Source of the DNA: Cycas panzhihuaensis
Taxonomy: Eukaryota > Plantae > Cycadophyta
Assembly (NCBI GenBank): GCA_023213395.1
Contig: CM041465.1
Location: forward strand, 68,517,741-68,581,740
DNA: 64,000 nt
Direction: 5' to 3'
The position numbers were made by a program, and so were the translations under genes. Under the pieces are notes generated by a model. The model was not told where the DNA came from. It worked only from the letters and a program-made list of their open reading frames with translations, and searched no databases. Shown here piece by piece: positions 36,400 to 51,979 of this stretch. Within the stretch, counting starts at the first letter, position 1. Each line of letters begins with the position of its first letter.

Positions 36400-39370
36400 T
36401 TAGAGTGATGCCACAGAGTCCATACCTTTAAGAATCCAACGTTGTTGGTTGTGTTGCCATAGGTGCATACTATTCCTCGATGTTTATAGTAGTGTCTTGT
36501 TGTGTCTCAATCTATTTATTATTAGTCCTTAGTAGATGTTGTATCACCTTCCATCTCCATATTGGTTGTGTTCCTCCTATATCGATTTCTAAATTCTAGC
36601 TAGAAATCCCTGCAACATCTAAATAATACTCTTCATGAAAGCTTAACTTCAATTTTGCTTTCTCTAGTTCTATAGACCTTTGGCCCAACTGTAGAGTCAA
36701 GACATGGATCTCATCTTACTACACCATGTTTGTGCCTACAAATCTTCAATTTCCACCATCACCACAACAACACAAAACAAGTATATGTCTAATTTTGGTT
36801 TGCTTAATTTGTATTGCAGTCTCTTTGGATTTTTGTCCTGGTGACACATATTCCACGATGCCTTGTTTCAAGGACATTGCATCATGTCCCTAGGCATAAA
36901 GAGTATTGCAACACGTCTAAGACTTTGTAGTTATTGTAACAATTCCATGTGAAGTTATTCATTGGTAAATTTTTTGTTAGACTATAATATTAATATTCGT
37001 TCTAAGGCAAGATGGACCATCCTCTGCCCATCTCTTGGTCTCCTTTTTGGTGGTATGTGGTGACAATTGCATCCCTCTCATCTGCAACATAGTTTGCATC
37101 GCAACTTGTGCTGGGTCTTTAGACATTGTAGGGTCCTTTGCAGTGGCTACTTCAAACATAAGCTCTCACAACATACTTCTTGCCAACTATAATATGAACC
37201 TAGCAGCCAAATCTTTTGTTGTTGTAATAAAGTTGATTTGAATTGTTTTGGACAACTTCACCTCCTTCCCATAACTAACCCACCACACAACTAGTGGTTC
37301 TTCCTCACTCAAGGTTTTTTTTAGAGGTTCTAGGGTATGAATTCCTCCAATGCCAAGGCCATAAGACTTCTAAGATAATAAATAGATTTTTCTTTTTGTT
37401 GGACCACCTTCGACACTTGTCTCAAGATGACTCCATTTATGAAGAGGTACCAATGGTAGACCAATCCCTACATAACATCCAAAACCAATCTAACTATATG
37501 AAAATGAATTTTTGCAGATGACTACCTTTAAATGTTTGTTTGTGAGCAATGTTATCATTAATCTTACATCTAAATCCTTAAGCTTTTTTACGATCTGATG
37601 GTTACTATAATAACGTGCTAGGCCATCATCACAATACTAATAGACCAACTCCAAACGTCTATTCTTCTCTACATAGTGTTGCTCTATCTTTAAATTGATT
37701 AGCTTAGTATGGGTAGGAACACTGAAAATTCTATCTAGTTGTGTTGTGAATAGTCGAATAACTCCATCATGGTGAACAAAAAACCCTCTACTAGTCATTA
37801 TAGCTCTACATCATTTTCTTCAACAACTCAAATGAACGCTTTAATGCTAGATTGCAAATGAATTCATCTAGTTTTGCCTTCTTAATGCATTATTGTGCTA
37901 GATGATGTGATGGTAGCTCATCCCACAACTACTTCAATCCTAGATTAGAACATTACCTCACAATGAAGGGTTGTTTAAGAAAATAAGGCCTCTCAAATCT
38001 TGAGCTTTATGGATTTTGCGAATTCACACGCTTGTTCAACTTTGAATCATTCTCCATGCTATTGCCCGTTCTTTGTTGACACTACCACAGATCACACGTA
38101 GTCCAAGAATGATGATCTAATTAAATTGTTTCTAATTTAATCGATTGGCATGATTTTCACTATGGTTGCACCCAATTCATGATTGTTTCCAACAGATTGT
38201 ATCGTTACATGAGTTTAAAAGGCCCATGATTACATGGAACTATTATTTGTTTTATGTGTATGCCACTATGATAATTGCACCATCTTTCTTGTTAAGATTT
38301 TATAAGCATGTCCCCCCCTCCCTCTTTTTTTCAAACTATTGGCCTCAAATTAATATTTATCATAGAGTTGTCCTACCATTGACTTGGGAGATCCATTTCT
38401 CCACTCTATATAAGACTGCACTTTCCCACATTGTGGTATTTCACTGCCACACATGTATCCTTTTAACAACTACTCTATAACACTTGTTCATTGTAATCTA
38501 CCTTGTACCTTGCTATAACACCTATATTGCTTCTATCACATGTCAACAAGCTCACTACATCGCTTGCTTTTGAGGCAACACTAATTGCACTAGTCCACCA
38601 TCTGCATATACCATCGCAACTAACTTCCATTCACTAGTACCACAAGTAGCATACCATCAACTTCTTTTAAATACATTGCACCCTTGTTCTACATTTTATC
38701 AACAATGAGCAATTCCTTCCATCTAATTTTGAGCTTTCTAGGCTTAATTCTAAAACAATTTATTGACCAATGTATTTGTACATTTCAAGATTGCCTAAAT
38801 AGGGTGATTGGGTTTGTGAAGTGTACAATTTCATATGCAAAAACACAAGGCAATTGATACATGAAAAATCCTTCACGTAAAAGGGGTGATTCTCAAAATA
38901 TATATAGGTTTTTATTCATACATATACAAGATTTACAATGTGTAAAACAAACATTATATATAGTATAACTTATAACTATGTTCTTTGAAAGATTTTCAAA
39001 TTAATAGTTCTAAGTTAATAGTGTGGAGAATGTAAGATGAAATAGCAAAAAGAAATGATATAAGGAAGCATTAGAAATGACCTCTCATATAGATATTTGT
39101 ATGATTAAGAACATAAACTTGTAGATCTCCTTGCTAGATAAGAACTAAGCTGGGAAAATGTAGAGACTATGCATTATTATTTTAAAAAAATTAAGTACAT
39201 TAGGTAGACTAAATGAACCTCATTCATACTCAATGATCACATGACAAGTTACATAAAAGCAAATAGCAGATGAACTAGATCAATAAACTAATACATAATA
39301 AATTTAATAGGAGAAGGTACAACATAGCATTATTACATAATATAGCCTAATAAGAATGATACCTTACATT
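36400..39370 (-). mobile_element. Highly decayed LTR retroelement fragment (possible gag plus LTR-like tract)
   Basis: Knuckle-like remnant near 36880-36915, short open fragments, and an LTR-like AT-rich tract from ~38772; boundaries unclear. Confidence 0.3.
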
Positions 39371-39599
39371 GTTGTTATACCCCTACCCACAAATTTGAGA
39401 GGAGAAAACCAATAGAAAAAACATTTAGAAATTTGAAGGAATAAGTTGTATAGAGCTTCGTTTTGTTTTTGTAAGAAAGAAAGAAAATCAAAGAGGGAGT
39501 GGTGATTTTACTAGGTAGAACAAATAATGAATAACCCTTATGCCTTTGTTCTCTAGCCTTTTGAAGCTTCTTTTCAAAATGGTAACTAATTGCAGTTAT

Positions 39600-41700
39600 C
39601 AGCATGCCTTTTTAATTAATTGGGTCATTATAATTGTTTTGGTTTTAAAGGAATTTGTTGGACTAAAGAGGTATTAACTAATCTTGAAAAGACTTGAAGC
39701 TTTTGACATTTTGTTTTTATCCAATCCAATTTTGACTGCCTGATTCAAATAAGATATTTAGCTCTGCTTGTTTTTCAAATTGATAGACGTAAGATTCATC
39801 TTTTAGAATTTGTGGCATCATAATTCAAATTTACTTCTAATATTTTTGTATTATTTCCTTCAACCTCTTTTAGGAAAACATCTTTTATTACATGACCTAT
39901 GTAATAATATATATTTTACATTTGCAAGAATGGTGTTTGAGAATATGTTGAAAGTTGGTTATGTTCAAATCAAATAGTGGCCCTCCTTCTAATGAACAAG
40001 CAACTCAATTATCTATGTCAAAACACTTAACATATAGGGATACAATATCATGACATCCTGATATTTTAGGAATGGAACTAATTTGAGTCAAACCAAACCT
40101 CCATAAATCTACATCTTCTAACATTTTAAAACTATAAAACTACTCCTAATCTAACCCTATTGTGAGCTACACACATGTGATGGATTGTAGCTTTTTTGGA
40201 GCCATTATTTTTCCTGAAGTTTTTGAAAATACTTGAACTAATAAATAAAATTCTGAAAATACTTGATAATTATCATCACCAATCTTTTTTTATATGTAAC
40301 CCCTTCACAACAAGCTTCTTTAGCCTCTTCTATTGACAAATTTATGCTTAAATGATCCCCGAATAAGAGGCAAAATGAAGGTTTTATTGTATCTATGCTT
40401 ATAATCTTTGTAATAAATGCTTTCAAATCAATTGTTTGTTTCACCTTTTACCCTTTGCTTGTTATTGTTTCATCTTGGAGTTAAGATTTTAGATAAAAGT
40501 ACACAAGATGCAAAGACACTTAATGGAGCTCATTTCTTATAAAACTCTTTTAAACCTTTCACACTCTATCTGTTTAACATCAATTTAAATTGTTGAATTT
40601 GTTGGAACATCTATAAACTTGCAAGGGTTACTCCCCTATCCATCCCAAATCTTAGAAACCAAGACCCCTTTCCTGCTTCTTTGGTAGAAGGGGCAAAGTT
40701 ATCTCTATAACACCTCAAACCTCTTTGAAGGTAATGTCATATGTGTAGGTCTTTGGGGTGCCCATACTTCTACTTGATTTTCAAGACTTTTATCTCTTAC
40801 CCTTCTTCAATCCATAAAGTGGATTGGTTGAGTGAGGTAATAATCTTACGGGTTGAAAAGAAGCATAGATTTCAAATACCTTTTGCTTTATAAAATAGAT
40901 GAAACAATTGCTTAAACAAACATTTCTCTAAATATATACACTTACAAAAATTTTGAAAATTTAGCATGCACTTAAAATGTTATATTCTCTTTGTCTTTCA
41001 AATATAAAAAATGTGATTGTAAATAAGCAAGCCAAAATCAAAAAGGGCAAAGGGAACCTCTCTAAATTTGAAAGTAAGAAGGTACTCTATTGAACTTACA
41101 AAGAGTATTAGAATGAGTCCTGCTTTTCTAAGTTACATCCTTTTTTTTTCAATATCAAAAGAGATGGTGAAAAGTGGAAGTATATGTGAAATAAACTTCA
41201 TGAACACATAACTAACATGCAGTCAAGCATATACAAACAATTGAAAGAGTTTGTGTTGTGAGGTACCTGGATTTGTTCCATAAGCAATAATCACTTCAAA
41301 GCCTTGCAATTTGTTTCTTTACTCTGACTCCATAGGTTTTTTTCATTTTCAACTTGTTAATAAGAAAACAATAAGAACTTAAGAAATATTGGGGAGCCTC
41401 GACTTCAAATTTGTGCACTATGAGATAATGTCTATAGTCCCTTGAACAGAACAACCCAAAAACCAAATAGAAAATCCACTCACGAAGCTTAAACAAGATA
41501 CTGGAGTTGTTTTCTCATTAGAAGTTGAGGCATGAAAATGAAAAAGAGAAAATTCAATTTTCTATTCATTTCAGTATTTTTTGCAAAAACTACGGTCTTC
41601 TTTATAAACTGCATTAAAATTTCAAAAGATTGCAGTTTACTAAGGAGGTTGTGGTTTTGTTCAACAATTGAAACCATGACCAATGCAAGTTTCGAGAGCA
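39600..41700 (-). pseudogene. Decayed retrotransposon accessory-ORF-like coding relic
   Basis: Minus-strand LWRFGLTQISSIPKISGCHDIVSLYVKCFDIDN*VACSLEGGPLFDL and adjoining open fragments; resembles, from memory only, accessory ORFs of conifer LTR elements. Confidence 0.35.
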
Positions 41701-42179
41701 TAGTGTAGTTACAACAATGAATGTAGTATTTTAGAAAACCACAAGATTTTAGAAAATCATGTAGTAAAAAAAATTGTGGTGAATAAATGAAGCAAAAATG
41801 AAAGGGCTAATTGTATTTTATGCCTTCTCTATTGGTAAAATAAATTTCTAAAAGTGCAATTAGAATCAACTTTTTGTTTTTTCTCTCATCTACTCTTGGT
41901 TATATGGACTAGATTCTATTGCATGTTATGTGAAAATTAGTTTTTAATATTTTGTGTTGATCTTTCTAGCTACCTACACTCAGATCAAGGAGTATTTTGT
42001 TAAATTTGAGTTCTCAATGAGGTGATAGAGGAACTCATTTATTTTTACATTTATCTTTTCTAAATCAATAAAATAAACTTTCATTTGGTGTATAGTGAAA
42101 CTATTTTAAGCCTACAAGTGTGCTTTTTTTTGGTGTGTTTATTGTTCATTTTACACTATATTTTTTGAGATTCATGGAA

Positions 42180-44865
42180 GTTTGCATTATGGGGTAGTGA
42201 TAGAAAAATTGATTGGCATTGAGAGCTAACCTATAGGGGAATACCAAATGATCAATTTACTAAGTTAAAATGATCTATAAAATTCTGTAGATGAGTTTAT
42301 TAAAGGTGACATTAATGATACTATTCAAAAGGCCAGGTTTGAAACCAAGATGAAGGATGCATATCCAAAGGCAAAGTTTGATCCCAAGATGAGAACCTCA
42401 TTAGGGTTTATTAATCTATTTATTTGAGGATGTTTATTAGTTAATGTCAAACATGTTACTATACCTAAAGAGGATTTCGACACTATTACATTAATGTATA
42501 AGCACAAAGATGATGTTAGGATATTGATATTGCACAATTAGCTTTATAATTTGACATTGAAAGGGCTAATCATAGGTCATCTTTAGTAGGTCAAATCTAT
42601 ACACGAATAGTTAACAACCATTGGGTAGATAATCATTGACTCAAAGCTTGTCACTCTAGTTTTGAGAAGCCTATTGAACACATTTGAAAACTTCATCATG
42701 ACATTGATATTACTAACAAACTTTATTCCCTATCATTTAATGATTTAGAGTCACAATTGCTTCATCATAAATAGAAGTTAAAGGAACAATACAATGAGGA
42801 ATTATCTAAAACATTACTAGCCAAAGAAAGAGGGAAAATGTCGCTCATTCCTAAGAGGAGTATAACATTGTTTGTAAAGTCATAATATTTAGCAAGAAGG
42901 TACAAGTTTTAAGGGACAAAGTTTAAAGTGCTAGTATTATGGGAAGCTAGGACATCTAATGAAGGATTGTTAGGAGTTATAATAGTAGTGGCAACCACAA
43001 AGATAATAGTCACAATAGTAGAGGTGGCTTCAACAATACTAGCAATAGTGGTAGTAGCATAAATAGTCAAGATAGCATGGACATATTTATAGTACACACT
43101 CTTTTGGAGGAGATAACAAAAGAAGAAGAATCTTTAATGTAGCCTATAAGATAAAGATTAATGCATAAAATGACTAGTGTATTGACTTATGTGTGATCAA
43201 GCATATGATAGGCAAGTTGGAATGTTTCTAGTCCATGTGGAAGGCCTCACTATTAACAATGATAAAGAATTGAAGATGAAAGAAGTTGGAGAAGTTCTCA
43301 TTTATCCACTTGACAATGGTAAGAAATATTATCTAGATAATATTCTCTATGTACTAGGCCTGAAGACGATTCTTATTTCTTTATCACAGGTTGAACATCA
43401 TCTTATAAGTGTTTTATTTGAGAACGATAAATGTATTATCAAGGATCATAATAAGAATGTCATAGCAATAACTACTAGGCAAGATGATCTATATAAGTTA
43501 GATGGAAAATATAAGGTTTAAAAAGCTTGCATCATTGTATCCTAAAAAAAAAAGTTATGACATTAATGAATGGGCCATTAAAATTACTTGAGTCTTGATG
43601 CATCAATTGAATATGATATATGGCCTTTTAAAAATCAAACTCAAAGATTACTTATGTGAGACTTGTATTCTAGAAAAACAATATAAAGAGCCATTTGCAA
43701 AGAAGAAAGCCTAACAAGTGAAGGTGAAACTAAGATTAGCACACTCAAAAATTTGTGGACCAATATTGATAACTTCACTTGGTAGAGCTAATGATTTTTT
43801 AACCTTTATTAATAATTTTTTATTGAAAGTATGAGTGTATCCATTGAGAGAGAAGTCATTGATCTTCATTATTTTCAAATAGTTTAAAGAGTTGGTTGAA
43901 ACTAGGCCTAATCATAATATCAGAGGTGAATTCACACATTTTTATAAGGATCATGGCATTAAGAGGTAGTTTTCAACTGCCTGCACACCATAATAGAATG
44001 GCATAGTTGAGAATGTGAATAGGGCATTAATTAAGAAAGCCAAGTTGATGATGAATAGAAAAGATTTTAAAAATTATGTATGGGTAAAAGCGATGAATAT
44101 TGTAGCATATTTGACCAATAAAAGTTCTATGAAGGTAGTTAAGAACATAATATGTGTAGAGATTTGATTAGATAAGAAGCCAACCATTAGCCATCTTTAA
44201 GCATTTAGATGTGTTATATTTATACATACTCTAAAGCAAAAAAAGCAAAAATGCAGTGATAAAAGTTCCAAGTATATCTTGATTGGATATTATAAGTAAT
44301 GTAAGTTTTATTATATTTTTAAGTTATAAATTAGAAAAAGTGTGCATAACCCATGATGTCATCTTTGTAGAAGATGATATGGTTGATTTGTGTTTTGTTA
44401 ATGTCAAGAAAATTAAGGAGCAATCTACATTCAGTTCCTAGTGGGATGTTGTAATACTTAAGACATGACCTATAGCTAAGGATGATGATGATGAGATTGG
44501 TGATTTGATCAAGATAGAAACATTATAGTTTAAGGAGCTTGAGCTAAAAGTTGCTCATCCTTCTCCATAGAAAAAGTTACCCAAATGATACTTGAACATC
44601 ATCAATGACACTTAAGTTTAGTTATTTAGCATGGAAAGTAAGCAAAAGTCTAAAATATGACCTACTAAATAGGTCAATTATACTTTTATGGCATAGTAGT
44701 TGAGTTCTAATGAGCCTTCCACTTTTGGAGAGGAAAGTAAAGAGTGAAAGTAGAATGTTTCTATGGACATTGCAATGCAGGCTATGACAAAATTTTGAAC
44801 TTAGAACTTAGTGGAATTGCCAACAAGGAAGCAGGTAATTGGATGCAAATGGATCTATAGGACCA
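42180..44865 (+). mobile_element. Heavily degenerate Copia gag-protease-integrase-RT start
   Basis: YLDNILYVLGLKTILISLSQ, integrase remnants (ICGP), IGCKWIYRT RT start cut at 44866. Confidence 0.75.
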
Positions 44866-45279
44866 TGCTACATAACTACCTCTCCAATGGGACCTAAGAC
44901 ATAACTACCTTAACTTTGAGACATGATCACTAGGACATGTGACCGTGGGACTTGAATGTTAGTCCTAGCTCTTAATATTTGTACGGGGACCATTTTCATA
45001 TGCCAATAGCATTTTAGATGGGAGACCTCCTATCTCTATATAAAGCCTCATTAAATGTTATTATCCATATTTTCGTTATGTCTATTATAATTGACACACT
45101 GTAATGTTAAATTGGTCTTTTGAAATCAATCCTCTTATGCTTATAATTTTGTAACCATCTCTTGTCATTGCAATAAAAGTTGATCTATCTTATTAATTCC
45201 ACCATATTTTTATTCTCTTATCTCATCTTGTATAAGTTATTATGGAGAAATATGGTGAAGAATGCTTCAAGTGGTATCA
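44866..45279 (+). repeat. LTR (TG...CA, 44866-45269) with Met-type PBS remnant, inserted in the Copia RT
   Basis: Host frame breaks at TG 44866; internal TATATAAA and AATAAA; TGGTATCA at 45272. Confidence 0.6.
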
Positions 45280-46599
45280 CAACACAATTTGAGGGACATC
45301 ATCAATAGCAACAAGGGCAAAAATGGAAGGGTATTGGAGCAATTTTATTTTCTAAAAATAGTAATAATTTCTCTCTTTATCTTTCTACAATGGTGGTTTA
45401 GGATAGAAACCTTATGCTATGGGTTTTAAAACATCCATAGAAGAGTTGTCATCCTTGGTTAAGTGTGCTTAGGAATAAGTTGACATGCAAAGTGAAATGA
45501 TCTATTTTCCAATATCAAGGCCTTAGACAACATCTGTACATGAAATTGAACCTCCACATACCTTGGGTATATTAGAGGACCCTTTAGGACTGTTTGAAAA
45601 GTTAGAATAAGAAACTTGTTGGTCATCTATAATCTGTAGGATATTGGTTAATAATTAGAGCCAGTAAGGCATTCTCTACATACACCTTAGAGATGGATAG
45701 CATGGTTATAACTATAGTAACCCTTTGTAGTTGGTGCCCTAAGATAGTTGGACGATTCACTATTATCAATTAAGAAGTATATCAAAGAGCATATAGTCTA
45801 AGCAAACCATAATTCATGTCTAAAATCTTAGCCTCAAATCATATCCAATATTGTTGGTCTAAGCAGAATTATCATCTACATACTATATTCAATAAATATT
45901 TATTTTTTGCATTTCAAACCCTTTCCAGCAACTGATAGACAAAAAAATAAAATCTAAAAAATAAACTTTAATAGTGGTGTTATACATATCATTTTTGGCT
46001 AAGTCAATTTTAACCTAAACTTTTAGGGAAAAATAATATATAGGCATCTTGTATACCCTACAACCAATTTTAAGTGTATATTTTTATCTACATTATCTTG
46101 ATAAGGATATCATATTCATCTTAGTGTACTAAATGAAATTCTTATATAAGTTTTAGGAAAATAGTCCAAAGCCACCATATATAGGTTTCTTTGTAATTAG
46201 GGGGTCAATAGGCTATAGACACCCCTCTCTCTTCCCTACCCTTCTACATCATTCTTTAACTCTTTAATCTCATTCATCTTATCTAATTTTCCTTTCATCT
46301 AAACCCTTTCTTATTCTATAATTCTCCTTCTTTTAGTCTCATTCTTTAAACTTGTTTCTTTTGCTCAATAGCTCCTCCTACCTAAGTAAATTGGATCTCA
46401 ACCCTAGAGACTTAACACACCTCCCTAAATAATAACATCATTAAGATATTTGATAAGCTCTTAAAACTTTTTAATCACATTTTTAATATACCCTCCACCT
46501 CTACTTCCACTAGTAACTCTCCACCACCACCACCCTCTTATAAAATATTCAAACATCAATGGAGATCTAAGTTGGAAGGATTAATTAATTATACACTGA

Positions 46600-47700
46600 A
46601 AATTAATTTTAAAATATGACACAAATCTCATTTTAAAATCATCTCTCATTAAATTTTTACAATACACAATACATGCATGAGTACAACTTCTAAAATAAAA
46701 TTCAGATGCTAAAGATCAATATATATATGAAGAAAGAGTTATAACCCCTAATAACTCACTATCTCACCTAAACATTAACAAATTTAATGCTAATAAAATA
46801 TATAAATTAAAGGGATGGTTCATAACCTAAGGTTATGAGTCACAAATAAATATTAATTATTAACACTCCTCCTTAATATTTATTTTATTTTTCTTAACAC
46901 TTAAACCATTCTTAAAAGTCTAAAATTTATTATTCTTCCATCGACCTATACACCATCTTAATCATACATTTTTTATTCAATTCTTGAATAAAGTGATGAT
47001 ACACCTTAATATGTTTGGTACAAGCGTAGGACGTAGGATTTTTCGTAATCTTTAATGTACTTTGATTATCACAGTATAAGATAGTTCTAATTGCAGTAGT
47101 CCCATGTCCTCTAAAATTTATTATAGCCAAATGGATTCAATAGTGGTTATAACTATAGCCTTATACTTTACTTAAATTAAGAGTAAAACAATATTTGATT
47201 ACTTTTTACTACTCCAAGTGATAGCAGTTGAACCTAAATTATAATAATATCTAGAAGTCAACTTTTTCTATTTGTATATGTGACTCACTTAAAATTTGTA
47301 GATCCTATCAACTTAAAATTATTGTTATATTAGGATTTAATTCTATATTGAATCATCTTTTTTAATTATTTGAGGATCCTCTTTATAACTATCTAATGAC
47401 TTTATTTGAGGACTACTATAAACTAATACCATTCCAACTACAAAAGATATATTAGGTTTGGTAGTAATTAAGTATATTAGACTTCTCACTAGTTACTTAT
47501 ACAATGTTAAAGCTCCACAATTTTTCATTGTTAATCTAGAACTTATCTCCATAGAGGTAGGTATAGGTTTATAATCATCTATTCTAAATTTCTTTTTCTT
47601 AAAATTAAATGTATTTCACTTGCGAGATAAATACATATTCAAGTCTTTGCCATACTTCCACTCTAAGGAAATAGTGTAAAATTTCTACATTCATCATCTA
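46600..47700 (-). mobile_element. 3' fragment of a Copia element (RT end, RNase H, PPT, LTR)
   Basis: ILYCDNQSTLKITKNP...TKHIKVYHHFIQE; PPT TAAGGAGGAG followed by TGTTA at 46865; left boundary approximate. Confidence 0.7.
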
Positions 47701-50700
47701 TGTTAAAGAGGAAAATCATTTGAGAGAAATAATACACAAATCACATAATAATATTACATAGCATGTAGACAGGTGGAAAACCTTACAAGGGAAGAAAAAC
47801 TACCCCAAAAATAATAAATTCGAGATATCATAATGTATAATACACATGTTTTATCGAGATTTCATCCCTCTCTCTCTTATCTATCTTCTCTAGAAACCTA
47901 TATGAAGTAGCTCTCTTGTTTTAACGGGAGTGATAATATATAGTTGTTGCAATGAGCAATAGTCCATTCAACAAAATTTTAATATAATAATTAAATATAT
48001 AAATAAACTCTCAAGATAAAATTACACATACATTAATGTATAAACATTAATTCTAACATCCCCTTTTAATGTTATTTTCAATACAAAGAGAAGGAGAAGA
48101 AGAATGATGAAGACTTCAACACATGAATCCCCCTTTGGTAAAGACCTCATCAACTTTTAATAACTTGTGTAACTTGATAATCTTGACTTTAGGTAGGGGC
48201 TTTGTAAATATTTATAATATGTAAATATATGAGATAATAAGAAATATTAATAATATTATCATTAACAAGATTATGAATAAAGTATTGATGCAATTCAATA
48301 TATTTAGTTGTAGACTAAGTTATAGGGTTAGTTGCAATTGAAATAACACCTTGATTATCTACTTTTATTTGAATGGAAGAAGTAAAAAATAAACTAAGTT
48401 TATTTAATAATAATTTTATCCATAAATACCCTTTACTAACTTCCACTAGTGCATAATACTCAACTTTAGTTGTAAATAACACAAGAGGCTGCATCTTTTT
48501 ACTTATCTATATAATGGGTGAAGAATCAAGAAAGAAAATATGTCAAATTGTTAACTTATGATTATCAAAATCACCCACATAATCAAAATCAGTATAACCT
48601 TAATTTAAGATTAGAATTACAATAATTATAAATTAAGTTATAATGAATCATATCTTGAAGATATTGTAATATATGTTTTATTATTTTTCAATGTGATTCA
48701 TATGATTTTTACATATACCTAGAACATAAAGTAACAACATAGAAAATATCTAAATAGATATAGGTTAAATATATAAAACTTCCAATTAATTGATGATATA
48801 AAGTTGGATCACAATGTGGTGTCTGATAATTATTGATAATTTGACACGTGATTGTTAAGGAGTAGGAGTTGATTTAGAATTCTCCATTTTCAATATTTTA
48901 ATTAAGTCAAGTATATATTTAGGTTGAGATATAGAAATTGAAGAATCAAATTAACAGATTTATAAACCCAAAAAGTAATGAAGAAGACCTAAATCAGTTA
49001 TTTTAAATTTATCTATAAGAATAGATTTCAATTAAAAAATGTTAGAAAGTAAGAATCCAGTAATGATAATGTCATCAACGTATAAAATCATAATAGTAAT
49101 ATTGTTATTTTCTTATTTGAAGTAAAGATAGAATCATTGATACATTTAATATATCTATTTTGAGTAAGATAATTATCTGTCTTGATATACTAAGCATGAG
49201 GGGCTTGTTTAAGTCCACATAAAGATTCTTTTAAGTTTACATATAAGGTTATAATTAGTTACAAAACTAGAGGGTTGGGACATATAAATTTTTTCATTAA
49301 GATCACCATTAAGAAAATTACTTTTTACATCCATCTAATGGATTTGCTAATTAAACTTGGCTACAATAACAATAACAGTCTTAATGGTATTCATTTTTAC
49401 AACTAAGGAAAAAAATTTAGTATAATCAATACCATCTAGTTGTGAGAAACCTTTTGCTACCCATGCATACTTTGTGTTTTTTAATGGCTCATTCAGAATT
49501 ATGTTTTATATAATAAACCCATTTACAGTCTACCATTTTTTTAATAAAAGAAGAGGTACTAAGTTCCAAATAATATTTTTTAAAAGAGCCTCATATTAAA
49601 TTTGTATGGATTGTAGCCATATTTGATTGTTATGGGCTTCTTAAAAAGTTTTTAAGGTCATTACTAGGTATTACTTTAGCCATCAAGGTAAAGTTGGCTT
49701 GTAGTTTTTAAGATCTAATTTTTTTGGTATTTAATGGACTACCAGTATTAACACCAACAACTGAAAGGGTTTCTTAAACCTATTTAAGTTGTTTACTTCT
49801 AGAAGGTTGATTAGAAGAAAATGATAAATCTAATTTATTTATTTATATTAAAGTCTAGTTTTGGACTTGTGTTGTTAGGATTTTAATGACTTTATTTTCA
49901 ACTTGCTTTTCTAAAAAATTAGATAGAATGGTGCTAGTTAAAATATCATCAACAGGAAAATAAATTTGATTAGAATTAGAATTTGATGAATATCCTTCTT
50001 CATTAAATTTAACATCATGCTTAATTAAAATAGTATGCATGATAAGATCTAACAACTGGAAAGCTTTTCTTTCTTGTATCTAACAAAGATAAACCTTAAG
50101 ATTTTCATATCAAGATTGTGATGTTTCTCTTTGCAAACTTGTGCCCAAGCAATGTTGCTAAAGACTCTCAAATGTTTTAATAAGGGTTTACGACCAAATC
50201 TTTTTATTTTGGCATAATATTATTTAAAGCTTTAGTCAGTAATCTATTCAATAGATAATTAAAGTAAGCTATAGTTTCATCCCATAATTTTAGATCTAGA
50301 TTTTTTGCATATAACGTGTATCTAATCATTTTTACTAATGTACAATTTTTACATTCAACAACAATATTTTGTTAGTAAGTTTACATAACTGAATGTTAGA
50401 ATCTAATTCCATTCTTGTTATAAAAAGATATAAATTCATTGCTTAAATACTCTTTATCATTGTTAGATCTAAAAATTTTAATTTTAAAGTCAGGTTAATT
50501 TTTCACTAAGGTTTTAAAGTTAATAAAAATATTAAAAACTTCACTTTTACTCTTTAGCATTTATACCCAACATTTTCTAGAGAAATCATCAATAAAAGTT
50601 ATAAAATATCTATTGCCAGAAAATGAAGGCATTGAAAAAGATTACAGATATCTAAATAAACAAGTTTGAGTGGTGATTTTGCTTGAAACATAGTCTGATG

Positions 50701-51979
50701 AGGAAAGATATCCATGTGTTACTTGCTTGAAACACAAGCATTACAAACACCATGGACAATAGATAAAGTAAGAAGACCATGAACCATATCATATTGGTTT
50801 AAGAAATGCAATTTATCATAGCTTGTATGATTAAAAAGTGCATGCCATAACCTACTAAGAAGATCAAACTGAGCTATAAAAGAAGTGAATGGTTTAGATT
50901 TTGAATGAGTTAAGTTTTTCAAACTATAAAGGCCTATTTTATTATCAGTATGTCAAAAGGTAATAGGTTTAAATTTATTGAATAGTTATATAATGATGAA
51001 CTTATTTTTTCATAATTCTACCATAAAGTTTTTCTGGCAAATCTGATAAATAGATAACAAATTGGGTAATAATTTGGGAACATAAAATACATTATTAATA
51101 GAACCATTTTTTAAGGTTACATTACTTATTCCTTCAACTTTTAGTTAGGAACCACTGCTAAAAGAGATTTCCTCTTTAAAATTAGAACCTAGTTGATAAG
51201 TGGACAGATACTTGTGATGTCCCATCATGTGACAAAAAACACTAGAATCCAGTATCCAAGGAGGTGGTAGTGAGGTAGGTGCTGAAAACGTAAAAGTAGA
51301 AGTAGTTATGTAATCATAGGATTATGATTAAATCCCTTTTGAAGCTTTCTAAACTCTACATGCTAATTTATTTATATAAACATATATAGTGTTTTATTTT
51401 TTATAGCAATAGGCATAATTAATATTTTAACTATAATGTGGTTTTAAAATATTTTTTATTTGATATAAATACATAGGTGTTAAATGTGAGTTTTTATTTT
51501 TAGATGCTCCTAAATGTTTAGAATTTTGACTATAATTATTATTTGAAGTAAAACCTCTATGTTCGAGAATATGAAATCATACATAAATGTTCCCATACGC
51601 AGGATATTTAACCATACACAACAAGCAACAAATGAAAACATAGAGAACAAGTGCACAGTACACAATATATATATATGGGAAACCCTTTTGGGAAAAAATC
51701 CACCACAAAAGGATTCTTTTGATGGATCACTTGATTATTGCACAATGGATTGATATAATAATCTTCGATGATGAATATACATGGCCTCAAGACATTTATA
51801 GTCTCTAAGAGGTATCACCCGATTAGGGTTGTGACCCTCTGAATAAGTCACACATTTTTGACTTCACACATTTTTACTTAATTAAACCACATTAACATTA
51901 ACTAAGTGGCTTAATAATCAATTGCCATGTTAGCATCCCCCCTTAATGTGAATATGGAGAACCTGCAATATGCATTAGT

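Noticed and set aside
45457-45473. Cassandra-like 5S rRNA tract (GGTTAAGTGTGCTTAGG)
   Set aside because: Only the box A-like part resembles 5S; no intermediate element, box C or paired TRIM LTRs.
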